A stretch of DNA of 64,000 nt, taken from Candidatus Hydrogenedens sp. Lineage in GTDB: Bacteria; Hydrogenedentota; Hydrogenedentia; Hydrogenedentales; Hydrogenedentaceae. The stretch lies in assembly GCA_035361075.1 (NCBI GenBank), contig DAOSBX010000003.1:20359-84358 (forward strand). The letters run 5' to 3'. A program made the translations under genes and the position numbers. Under the pieces are notes generated by a model. That model was not told the DNA's origin and ran no database searches. It saw only the letters and a list, made by a program, of their open reading frames with translations. Positions 43,602-51,819 of this stretch are shown one piece after another; positions within the stretch are counted from its first letter, which is position 1; each line of letters starts with the position of its first letter.

Positions 43602-45752
43602 TTATTTCTCAGGATATTTAACTTCGTAAGTTTTATTATCAAAATCAACGATTATCGTTGTGCCATCGGAGTAGGTTGTTTTCTGTTTTCGGTATGTATC
43701 ATCTAAAAATTCATGATTTACTAACTCGAGGAATTGACAATGCTTTGCTATAGAACAGAGTTCTTTAATACGACTAATCTCTTTTTCATCAGCACTAATG
43801 TTCAAATAAGGCATTCCTGCATTAAGAATACAGTGCAGGTATCCTGCATCTCCTTTAGGTATACCCCAACCTCCATCTTCCGTTATACTCCATGGCATAA
43901 TCAAGGAATCATGATAAACCAAATTAAATAAAGGTATGGGAATGCCTATACTTTCACCATTATCCAGAGAAGGTCTTAGCCAATAAGGACCATGATGGAC
44001 CAAATCAATAACCGAAACAAAATAATCTGTGGGTTCTTCAGAACTTATGATATAACCTTTAGATTTTAGGAAGCGAAATGCCTCTTTACGATATTCTCCA
44101 CATTCGGAACGAGTAACAGGGGCAAACGATTCATAACTTTCCTCCAGAGGAACTACTGAAAAAACATCTAAATAAACACCCTGAATTTCAACCCCATTAC
44201 TAATTAGCCAGTTATGATTTCGTTGGACATAGGAAGGCACAAATCGGGGGCTAAGAAACATTTGGGGACCTCCACACCATATACTATGTTGCTCCCTTAC
44301 TTTTGCTTGATTTAATACAGCCAATTTTGGATTGAATGAGACGGCATTAAGATAAAGGTCCCTATATTGGTCATGAAGAGCAAAGATATATCCCAACTCT
44401 TTGCATGTTTTTGATAATTGTTTTAATCCTTCTAATCCTCCTGCTTCATACCCAGGGGGAATAATATCTGGATGACCGCTATCATATCCCAGGAATCCCC
44501 ATCCATCTAAATGAACATAAGCACTGTCCATACCTTTGTTTTTTAACTCTCGCAATTGTTCAGCAATTTTGCTGTAAAGGACAAGTGAATGATTATTCTC
44601 AGGAATCTCCTTATTAAAATAGTGACTACTTTCTTCAAAATGATATAGAGCACCAACATGAATGACTGGAACACCAATTATCTTTTCCAAAAGTGGGCAT
44701 CGGGCTATTTTTTCCTTAATCGTCACAAAATTTTTATTTTCTTTTACCCAATTTCGATATCCTTTTGCCAGTGTTGTATGATTTGCTTGTGGAAAAAAAT
44801 AATATTCAATACTTCGTAGATAGCCCAATTCCCCCAAACTGGAATACCATACAGGTTGAACCCTTGTTGGCCCTCCTTCTGGATGTTGATATTCAATCCC
44901 GGCGTCATCTGAAGTTGCAAAAATTGCCAATAATCCGCTGTTTCCTTTAATGTGTCCCCACCATGGCATATACATCATTCGTGAATTTGCAGGTTCCTTC
45001 CCATAAAACTTCCCCGCATAGTTGGCTGGTAATAACATCCCTTGCATTACACACAAAACGCTTTTTTCATCAGGAGATGGGTTAAGTTGGACAGGTTTTG
45101 GAAATTGTATTTCTCTCAATTGTCTCACAATACTCGAACTCACAATATCAATAGTTAGTTTATTATCAGCAAGATAAAAAGTTATAAAGATTGTAAAATT
45201 GGGTGCAGATGGAAAATCTTTGAATTGAAGTGTGAAACCTTTTGCATATCCCATTGTTATTTCTTCACATGTGATTTCCTTTGCAGAGACTAATGATAAC
45301 GTTGTCAGGGCTAATATTATGTCTCTATCATCAGAGGGATAGAACTCCCATTTTTGACCTTGATAGTCAACTATTAATTGTAAATCTTTTTTAGATAGTT
45401 GAACCCTCGTCTTTGAATTTTCCAAAATCCAGAAATCAGTATTTTCAGAGAATGTCTCTGAAGAAAGTGATGGTTTTTCAACTGCGTTTTTTAGTAGCCA
45501 TTCCCGAACTTCTGTAAATTCTTTGTATATGCCTTCGAAATCCGCTTCGGTGGAAATATTGGATATTTTACTTTTGAGAGTTTCTATCTTTGCAGTTTTT
45601 TCCTGTGTTAATGTATTGTCCACAGGGATGTTATTGAGTGAATTCAAAAAATACAGATATTTCTCTTTTCTGCTTTCAATATTTTGTGCATTTACAGTAA
45701 AGACTGTGGCAAAAACTAAAAATACATAAAAAAGAAAATAGATTTTTTTCAT
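43602..45752 (-). CDS. Secreted large protein, TIM-barrel glycoside-hydrolase-like C-terminal half; family unassigned
   Basis: 716 aa with a signal peptide (VFATVFTVNAQN). The C-terminal region VHLDGWGFLGYDSGHPDIIPP...ALHDQYRD...VYLDVFS...SSEEP resembles the beta-strand-end acidic residues of (beta/alpha)8 hydrolases. Confidence 0.4.
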   Translation of the reverse strand: MKKIYFLFYVFLVFATVFTVNAQNIESRKEKYLYFLNSLNNIPVDNTLTQEKTAKIETLKSKISNISTEADFEGIYKEFTEVREWLLKNAVEKPSLSSETFSENTDFWILENSKTRVQLSKKDLQLIVDYQGQKWEFYPSDDRDIILALTTLSLVSAKEITCEEITMGYAKGFTLQFKDFPSAPNFTIFITFYLADNKLTIDIVSSSIVRQLREIQFPKPVQLNPSPDEKSVLCVMQGMLLPANYAGKFYGKEPANSRMMYMPWWGHIKGNSGLLAIFATSDDAGIEYQHPEGGPTRVQPVWYSSLGELGYLRSIEYYFFPQANHTTLAKGYRNWVKENKNFVTIKEKIARCPLLEKIIGVPVIHVGALYHFEESSHYFNKEIPENNHSLVLYSKIAEQLRELKNKGMDSAYVHLDGWGFLGYDSGHPDIIPPGYEAGGLEGLKQLSKTCKELGYIFALHDQYRDLYLNAVSFNPKLAVLNQAKVREQHSIWCGGPQMFLSPRFVPSYVQRNHNWLISNGVEIQGVYLDVFSVVPLEESYESFAPVTRSECGEYRKEAFRFLKSKGYIISSEEPTDYFVSVIDLVHHGPYWLRPSLDNGESIGIPIPLFNLVYHDSLIMPWSITEDGGWGIPKGDAGYLHCILNAGMPYLNISADEKEISRIKELCSIAKHCQFLELVNHEFLDDTYRKQKTTYSDGTTIIVDFDNKTYEVKYPEK

Positions 45753-45844
45753 GGTGAGTCCTTTTGTTTTTTTAGATTTGACTTTTTATAGTACGAAAAT
45801 GTTTTAATAGCATCTTTATAACCATTTGGAATAAGGAAATCTAT

Positions 45845-46522
45845 ATGTATTTACATGACGCTCATGTTTCAAATGTTGTTACTTCCTTTGCTACTTTATG
45901 GTCAGGTATAATTGTAACTCTTTTTTGGTTATTTGATGGCAAACAACCATTACGCTGGTTGTTTTTCTATTTTACAATCATTATAACTGCTATTCCAACT
46001 ATTATTCATCACATGTATCCTACACAGCAATTGTGGACTTCTGTAGATATTATTACTAATATCCTTTTAGTTTGGGCGTTGGAATTAGCTTTGGCAGGAG
46101 ATTTTTTTAAGAATATGCATTATAAAAGATTTGTTTTAATTCTGAGTGTGATAAATTTCTTTGTCGTTTTTAAATTAGGATATGAAATATTTGCTCCACC
46201 TGAACGTGTATTTCTTAAATTAGGTGAAAAAAGTGGTTTTACTTTTGGAGAAGTTGCATTAATATTAAACGCAATTTTATCTGTTTCTATTATGACCTAT
46301 TATTCAAAAACATTCACACAAAAACAAAAATATGTCCTAAAAATTTTGGTGGTTATCTTTTTATTGGGATTAATACTTGCCACAGGAAGTGATGACTTCA
46401 TTAAACCTACATTTATAGGTTGGCATTCTTTATGGCATATAACAGGTGCTTTTGGATTTATTGTTTTCTGGTATTTTAATCATTTAAGATTTTCAATTGA
46501 AGGAGATATAAAAAAATGGTAG
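45845..46522 (+). CDS. Seven-TM ceramidase/PAQR-like membrane hydrolase family protein
   Basis: 225 aa with about 7 TMs. HVSNVVT near the N-terminus resembles alkaline ceramidase W.TVSN. There is a His pair in TM2-3 (IIHHMYP). The C-terminal GWHSLWHITGAFG matches the H-x-x-W-H-I-L-T zinc-ligand motif of alkaline ceramidases as I recall it. Confidence 0.45.
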   Translation: MYLHDAHVSNVVTSFATLWSGIIVTLFWLFDGKQPLRWLFFYFTIIITAIPTIIHHMYPTQQLWTSVDIITNILLVWALELALAGDFFKNMHYKRFVLILSVINFFVVFKLGYEIFAPPERVFLKLGEKSGFTFGEVALILNAILSVSIMTYYSKTFTQKQKYVLKILVVIFLLGLILATGSDDFIKPTFIGWHSLWHITGAFGFIVFWYFNHLRFSIEGDIKKW

Positions 46523-46818
46523 TTCATAGTGTTTATTTCTGGTTAAAAGAAGATATATGTGAGGCTAAAAAACAAGCATTTTACGAGGGATTATTAGAAC
46601 TATCAAAAATACCAAGTGTAGTCAAACTCTATGTTGGAACGCCTGCCCAGACTGCAAAACGTCCTGTAATTGATGATAGTTATACCTTTGGACTTGTGGT
46701 TATTTTTAGTAATATAGAAGGACATGATGCCTACCAGAACCATGAAATACATAGAAACTTTTTGTCTGAATTCAGTTCTTTTTGGAATAAGGTGCTAATT
46801 TACGATTTTGAGTGTTAG
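46516..46818 (+). CDS. Dabb (stress-responsive alpha/beta-barrel) family protein
   Basis: 100 aa. Motifs: HSVYFWLKE..., LSKIPSV, GHDAYQNHEIHRNF. It overlaps the previous gene by 7 nt. Confidence 0.8.
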   Translation: MVVHSVYFWLKEDICEAKKQAFYEGLLELSKIPSVVKLYVGTPAQTAKRPVIDDSYTFGLVVIFSNIEGHDAYQNHEIHRNFLSEFSSFWNKVLIYDFEC

Positions 46819-46827
46819 TTAAACAGA

Positions 46828-47634
46828 TTAATGTTTTTGCTCAATGGCTTTTCTCGCTATTCTATCTACAAGAGAAGGGCAGAACATTTTTAACCATCTA
46901 CCTATTTTCCCTCTATTTGATGTAATTAATAGTCGCTGTTTTTTTAAGATGGCTTTCAAAATTAATTCTGCACATTCTTCTGCTGTCATAATTTTTGATT
47001 CTACCATTGGCGTTTGCCCAAGAGATGAACCATCTCCTTTCAATGCCCTTTTATGAATTTCCGATTTTACAAAGTCCGGTGCAACAATGGTAACATGAAC
47101 ACCCTTAGGTTCTACTTCAACACGTAGTGAATCAAAAAAGCCAACCATTGCGTGTTTGCTTGCAGAATAAATCGTTCTGCAGGGAACACCTGTTAAGCCT
47201 GCAACACTGGAAATAGCTACAATATGTCCCCCCGTTTTGTATAAATAGGGGAGAGCATAGTATGTGCAATATACAGAACCATAAAAATTTGTTTCCATAA
47301 TTTCCTTTAGTATCATTAAATCCTGAATCTCATCAAATTGACACCACATTGTTCTACCCGCATTATTTACAAGAATATCTAATTTGCCAAAATGGGCTAT
47401 GGTTTTAGAGATTAGATTCGAACAATCATCCTTTTTGGAAACATCTGCTTTAATAATTTTTACTGAATTATTATCATTTTTAACTTCCTCTGCCAATTCA
47501 TTTAGTCGTAACTCATTTCTGGCTGATATGACTATTTTTGCACCTTCTCTTGAAAATACCTTTGCCAAAGCACGGCCTATCCCTTCCGAAGCACCTGTAA
47601 TAAGCACTACTTTATCTTTAAACTTTAAATCCAT
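46828..47634 (-). CDS. Classical short-chain dehydrogenase/reductase (SDR)
   Basis: Motifs: TGASEGIGRALA, NNAG, and the catalytic S...YSASK. Confidence 0.9.
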   Translation of the reverse strand: MDLKFKDKVVLITGASEGIGRALAKVFSREGAKIVISARNELRLNELAEEVKNDNNSVKIIKADVSKKDDCSNLISKTIAHFGKLDILVNNAGRTMWCQFDEIQDLMILKEIMETNFYGSVYCTYYALPYLYKTGGHIVAISSVAGLTGVPCRTIYSASKHAMVGFFDSLRVEVEPKGVHVTIVAPDFVKSEIHKRALKGDGSSLGQTPMVESKIMTAEECAELILKAILKKQRLLITSNRGKIGRWLKMFCPSLVDRIARKAIEQKH

Positions 47635-47782
47635 AATTTCCCTTCTCCTTTATAATGTGCTATTATTATATAGATATTATTTATATTAGAGTAATTCAAG
47701 TTTTTTAGTAATCGCAAAATCACATGAATGAAATAAAGTTTTGGGATATATAATCTAATTAAAATGAATGAAAGGAACTGTT

Positions 47783-50668
47783 ATGAAAAAAATTATAGTT
47801 TTGTGGATTTGTTTGTTATTAATAACTTTTACAAATGTTTTTTCAAGTAGTTCTAATATAAAATCTCTGTCCGACCTACCAAATCCAGTTCCTCGAATTG
47901 CTATTGTTGGTGATAGTTGGGGAATGTTTATGTGGTGGTTCCGTTCTTTTCAGAAAGCCCTTGTCGAATTAGGTTATGAAGAATACTGTGAAGTTGCTAA
48001 TGAATCTGTTGTCGGAGGAGGAAAAACATTCCAATTTGTTAATGTCGAACAATTTCCTGCGGCAGAACAGATTAGGAATGCGGTTGTGCAAATGCTAACT
48101 GATTATCCAACAATAGATATTGTTGTCATCTCCTTAGGTGGTAATGATGCCCTTTATGGAACCGAATTTGTATTACCAGATGACCCGTATAGAGAATTGA
48201 GATTTCAATGTCCAGGGCATCCAGATAATAAGAATGAAATTCTTGCAAATAAGATAGTCAATCAAGATATGGATAATCTGATTGACCTTATTTTATCTGT
48301 TCGCCCTGACATTCGTGTTTTACTGACTTCTTACGATTTCGGTGGCGATACAAAACGAAGTGAATGCGATTTGTTAACCCAGCAGTTAGGAATTATGGTT
48401 CTGGATATTTATAAGCAAAGGTTAGCAGACCGTAAAGGGGACCGCGTCCACTTTATTAGTAACTATGGGCTTATGCAATTTATGTATGGTGTTTTTGAAT
48501 ATGAGGTTGATTCCGATAATGACCCAATTTGGGGAACAGAACAGTTGGTTTATCCTGCAGGTTATGTAAAGCCTGGTTTCTCCCCAGATGATTATCCTCC
48601 TCTGAGACTTCCCGACCCGTATGATGTTTGGACTTTCCCTTGGACAGATGAGAACAGCAATGAATTAAATGTGCCAGGTTTCCCTGAATATTTTAACCCA
48701 CTTCATTCCTTGTTAGATAGAAATATGCACTTAACCGAAGAGGGATATTATTTCATGGCACGGAGAATGGTTGACCGTGTTATAAAATACTGGCTTGATT
48801 ATCCCAAAGTTTTTGGAATTCACCCCGTACATAATGAAAAAGGAGAGACATATCAGTTTGAAGTTATATTCTCGAAAGAGGTGACAGGTGTTGACCCAAC
48901 AGATTTTGAAATAGCAACCGCAGAAATAGAAGTAGGTGGAAAAAGTTTAGATATTAGTCAGGCTCAAATTATTTCAATAGTCCCAGACTCGGGTTATAGT
49001 AAAACCTATACAGTTACGGTTGATTTGAACCCTAACTTAAACCCGAAAAAAGGCACCCTGACAGAGGTTGTCCATATTCATGTTTTAGATGATGATAGCA
49101 TTGTAGATTCTGAAGGAACACCTCTCGGAGGACCCAATACTCCGACATGGACGGACAACGGGAAATTTACGTATTACGGTCCTTTTGCCTTTGCGGATTT
49201 AATGAAGCCTGAAGAAGATAATTTTGAGCAGGTTCAAAAATATTTATCTGTCTTAACCAAACCCTATCTTCCTTTTATCAATTTTGCTGTTTCTTTTGAT
49301 GAAGACAAATTGGATATAAATGGGAATTTATTCCCATTAGTCCAGCAATTGTTAAATGATGAAGATGTTGACCCAGAATCATTATATATCAAAGGAAATG
49401 GCATGCTCGATAGTTATGAATTTGCTCTATTAGAACGCTGTATAAAAGATGATAGTATTGATTTAAGTGCTAACGGTGGTATATCTCATACATTAGTTGC
49501 AAATGCATGGACGCAGAATCTTGCTCGTATTCGTAATGATTTAGGTGGAGCAATTACTCCCGAGCATGACAATATGGTTTTGAGAGTGTTTGCAGGGTTA
49601 GATTCTCTTTTCTGTGCTTATTTAACTTTCGGTGAGATGAATACAGTGGGTACTATTTCTGCCGCTTCCGTAGCACTTACATCAGAAAGTGTTTCTCAGT
49701 TTTTACCCGGTTTGACATTCACACCTATAGATTCAAAAAATTATCAGTTGTTGACGAATTACTTAGGAGCAAAAGATATTAATGGGAATGGCATATTATC
49801 TCCATCTGAGTTTGCCGATGCCGATAAAGATGGATTTACCAATGCTCAGGAATATCTTTACTTTGAATGTGATGGCAAGCAAGCCTTTGTAAATTCGGCT
49901 CTTGACCCGAACATAAAACCTCCACAATTCCCACCTCCAAGAAATTTTACAGTAAACGAAGGAACAAATCTCCGTTTATATGTTCCAGAACTACTTCATG
50001 TATATTTGACAACCTATGAGTGGTATAAGGACGGTGTTTTGCTAACAGCTAACGAACGCATCAAAGGAACGTCAAAACGAACCGTGAATATTGAAGGATT
50101 GACCTTAGAAGATTCGGGAACTTATATGTGTTATTACTGTGAAAACGACCCCAATAATTATGTGGTTAAATCGTATGGACCTATAACAGTAAATGTTCAG
50201 CCCGAAGTTCAAGAAGGCGAAGGCTCGGGAACAGAAGGCGAAGGTTCGGTAACAGAGGGAGAAGGTCTCATAGAAGGAGAAGGGGTAATTGAAGGGAGTT
50301 TAGAGGGGGTAGAAGAAGGAATAGTGGAAGGGATAGAAGAGGGAGAAGGTGAAGGACAGGAAGTTCAGCAACCTCATTCTTTGGATACGGATGGAGACTT
50401 TAAAGTTGAGTTGACTGAATTACTGCGAGTTATACAATTTTATAATTATAGAGAGTATAGTTGTGCTCCGTCATGGCTTACAACAGAAGATGGCTATGTC
50501 CCTGGAAATAGAGGAGATCGTTCCTGTCAGCCTCATGCATCAGATTACAATCCACAGGATTGGAGTATTTCTTTTGAAGAAATCTTGCGTGCTATTCAGA
50601 TCTTTAACTCGCCATCTTATTATTGGTGTCCTGGTCAGGGCAAAGATAATTTCTGTGTAAAAGATTAG
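47783..50668 (+). CDS. Secreted multidomain protein: SGNH/GDSL esterase-like domain, central unknown region, Ig (I-set-like) domain, acidic Gly/Glu repeat, duplicated dockerin/EF-hand-like C-terminal module
   Basis: The ATG at 47783 lies 6 nt after AAAGGA (the ORF is open from 47768). Features: signal peptide; GDSL block I IAIVGDSWG; block II ISLGGNDA; Ig-like TYEWYKDGVLL...LEDSGTYMCYY; EGEG repeat; and a C-terminal duplicated DxDGD...ELLRVIQFYN / DYNPQD...EILRAIQIFN. Confidence 0.65.
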   Translation: MKKIIVLWICLLLITFTNVFSSSSNIKSLSDLPNPVPRIAIVGDSWGMFMWWFRSFQKALVELGYEEYCEVANESVVGGGKTFQFVNVEQFPAAEQIRNAVVQMLTDYPTIDIVVISLGGNDALYGTEFVLPDDPYRELRFQCPGHPDNKNEILANKIVNQDMDNLIDLILSVRPDIRVLLTSYDFGGDTKRSECDLLTQQLGIMVLDIYKQRLADRKGDRVHFISNYGLMQFMYGVFEYEVDSDNDPIWGTEQLVYPAGYVKPGFSPDDYPPLRLPDPYDVWTFPWTDENSNELNVPGFPEYFNPLHSLLDRNMHLTEEGYYFMARRMVDRVIKYWLDYPKVFGIHPVHNEKGETYQFEVIFSKEVTGVDPTDFEIATAEIEVGGKSLDISQAQIISIVPDSGYSKTYTVTVDLNPNLNPKKGTLTEVVHIHVLDDDSIVDSEGTPLGGPNTPTWTDNGKFTYYGPFAFADLMKPEEDNFEQVQKYLSVLTKPYLPFINFAVSFDEDKLDINGNLFPLVQQLLNDEDVDPESLYIKGNGMLDSYEFALLERCIKDDSIDLSANGGISHTLVANAWTQNLARIRNDLGGAITPEHDNMVLRVFAGLDSLFCAYLTFGEMNTVGTISAASVALTSESVSQFLPGLTFTPIDSKNYQLLTNYLGAKDINGNGILSPSEFADADKDGFTNAQEYLYFECDGKQAFVNSALDPNIKPPQFPPPRNFTVNEGTNLRLYVPELLHVYLTTYEWYKDGVLLTANERIKGTSKRTVNIEGLTLEDSGTYMCYYCENDPNNYVVKSYGPITVNVQPEVQEGEGSGTEGEGSVTEGEGLIEGEGVIEGSLEGVEEGIVEGIEEGEGEGQEVQQPHSLDTDGDFKVELTELLRVIQFYNYREYSCAPSWLTTEDGYVPGNRGDRSCQPHASDYNPQDWSISFEEILRAIQIFNSPSYYWCPGQGKDNFCVKD
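50213..50360 (+). repeat. Imperfect tandem coding repeat giving an acidic (E-G-E-G-x-x-T/I) linker
   Basis: Units of the type gaaggcgaaggctcgggaaca / gaaggcgaaggttcggtaaca / gagggagaaggtctcata / gaaggagaaggggtaatt translate to EGEGSGTEGEGSVTEGEGLIEGEGVIEG... Confidence 0.8.
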
Positions 50669-50692
50669 ATCTCAATTTACGAAATAGTAATT

Positions 50693-51802
50693 TTATAAAA
50701 ACTGCTTTGCTAATTTGTTGAGTTCCTCTACACCGCGTTTGATAGTTTCGTCTGGAGCGGCAAAAGAAATACGGAAGTGAGTTTTTTTGTCAGAGAAAAC
50801 GCTACCAGGAATAATTAGAATATTATTCTCAATTGCTTTTTTCACAAATTCATCTCCATCACCACCTGGAGCCTTTGGAAATATATAAAAGGCACCCTTA
50901 GGTTTTACTACTTCAAAAGTATCTTTTAATCCTTCATAAATCAAATCTCTCTTCTTACGGTATGCTTCTATTTTTTGTGTCATATCAGACTTTAACGCTT
51001 GAACGGCTGATTTTTGGGCAAATGAAGGGGCACAAACGAAGGTGTATTGTTGCAGGGTGTTCATCTGTTGAATAATATCTTCGGGTCCTGCAGCGTATCC
51101 TACACGCCAGCCTGTCATACCCGCATTTTTAGAAAAACCATTAAGTAATATTACCTGGTCATACATACCTGCAATTGTAGAAGGTTGTTCATCGTACAGT
51201 AATGATTCATATATTTCGTCTGTTATTACTAATAATTTGTGTTTTTTTGCTAATTCTGCAATCTTTGCTAAATCCTCTTTTGGAATTGTTATCCCTGTAG
51301 GATTGGATGGACTATTTAAAATCAAAATTTTTGTCTTACTTGTTATAGAAGGTTCTATTTTTTCGGCTGTTAAGTGAAAATCGGGATAAGTATCTACAGA
51401 TACAGGTTTTCCCCCCAACAGATTAACTAAGTGTTTATACATAACAAAGTAAGGATCAGCAAAAACGACTTCATCTCCAGGATTTACTGTGGCTAACAAA
51501 GCAAGGAAAAGCCCACCCGATACCCCACATGTTATCATTACATTTGATATTTTTACCCCAAATTTATTTTGATAATACTCCTGTACTGCTTCTCGTAATT
51601 CCTCAATACCCCATGTCTGTGTATATGAATTAAAACCACTTTTAATCGCATTTATAGCGACTTCTTTACAGACTTCATCTACATCATAATCAGGTTGTCC
51701 GATACTTAAATTAATTGGATTTTTCATCTTTCCCGCTAATGCAAATACTTTACGAATTCCACTGGCATCAATACGGCTCATTCGTTCTGCGATATAACTC
51801 AT
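50693..51802 (-). CDS. PLP-dependent class I/II aminotransferase (aspartate/aromatic aminotransferase-like)
   Basis: Motifs: IDASGIRKVF, SPSNPTG, and the PLP-lysine motif GFSKNAGMTGWRVGY. Confidence 0.9.
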   Translation of the reverse strand: MSYIAERMSRIDASGIRKVFALAGKMKNPINLSIGQPDYDVDEVCKEVAINAIKSGFNSYTQTWGIEELREAVQEYYQNKFGVKISNVMITCGVSGGLFLALLATVNPGDEVVFADPYFVMYKHLVNLLGGKPVSVDTYPDFHLTAEKIEPSITSKTKILILNSPSNPTGITIPKEDLAKIAELAKKHKLLVITDEIYESLLYDEQPSTIAGMYDQVILLNGFSKNAGMTGWRVGYAAGPEDIIQQMNTLQQYTFVCAPSFAQKSAVQALKSDMTQKIEAYRKKRDLIYEGLKDTFEVVKPKGAFYIFPKAPGGDGDEFVKKAIENNILIIPGSVFSDKKTHFRISFAAPDETIKRGVEELNKLAKQFL

Positions 51803-51819
51803 ACATATACTCCTTTGAT

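Noticed and set aside
50213-50360. Short tandem DNA repeats that could be mistaken for a CRISPR or satellite array
   Set aside because: The units are 18-21 nt and imperfect, with no spacers. They are in frame within a long CDS and encode an EGEG acidic linker.
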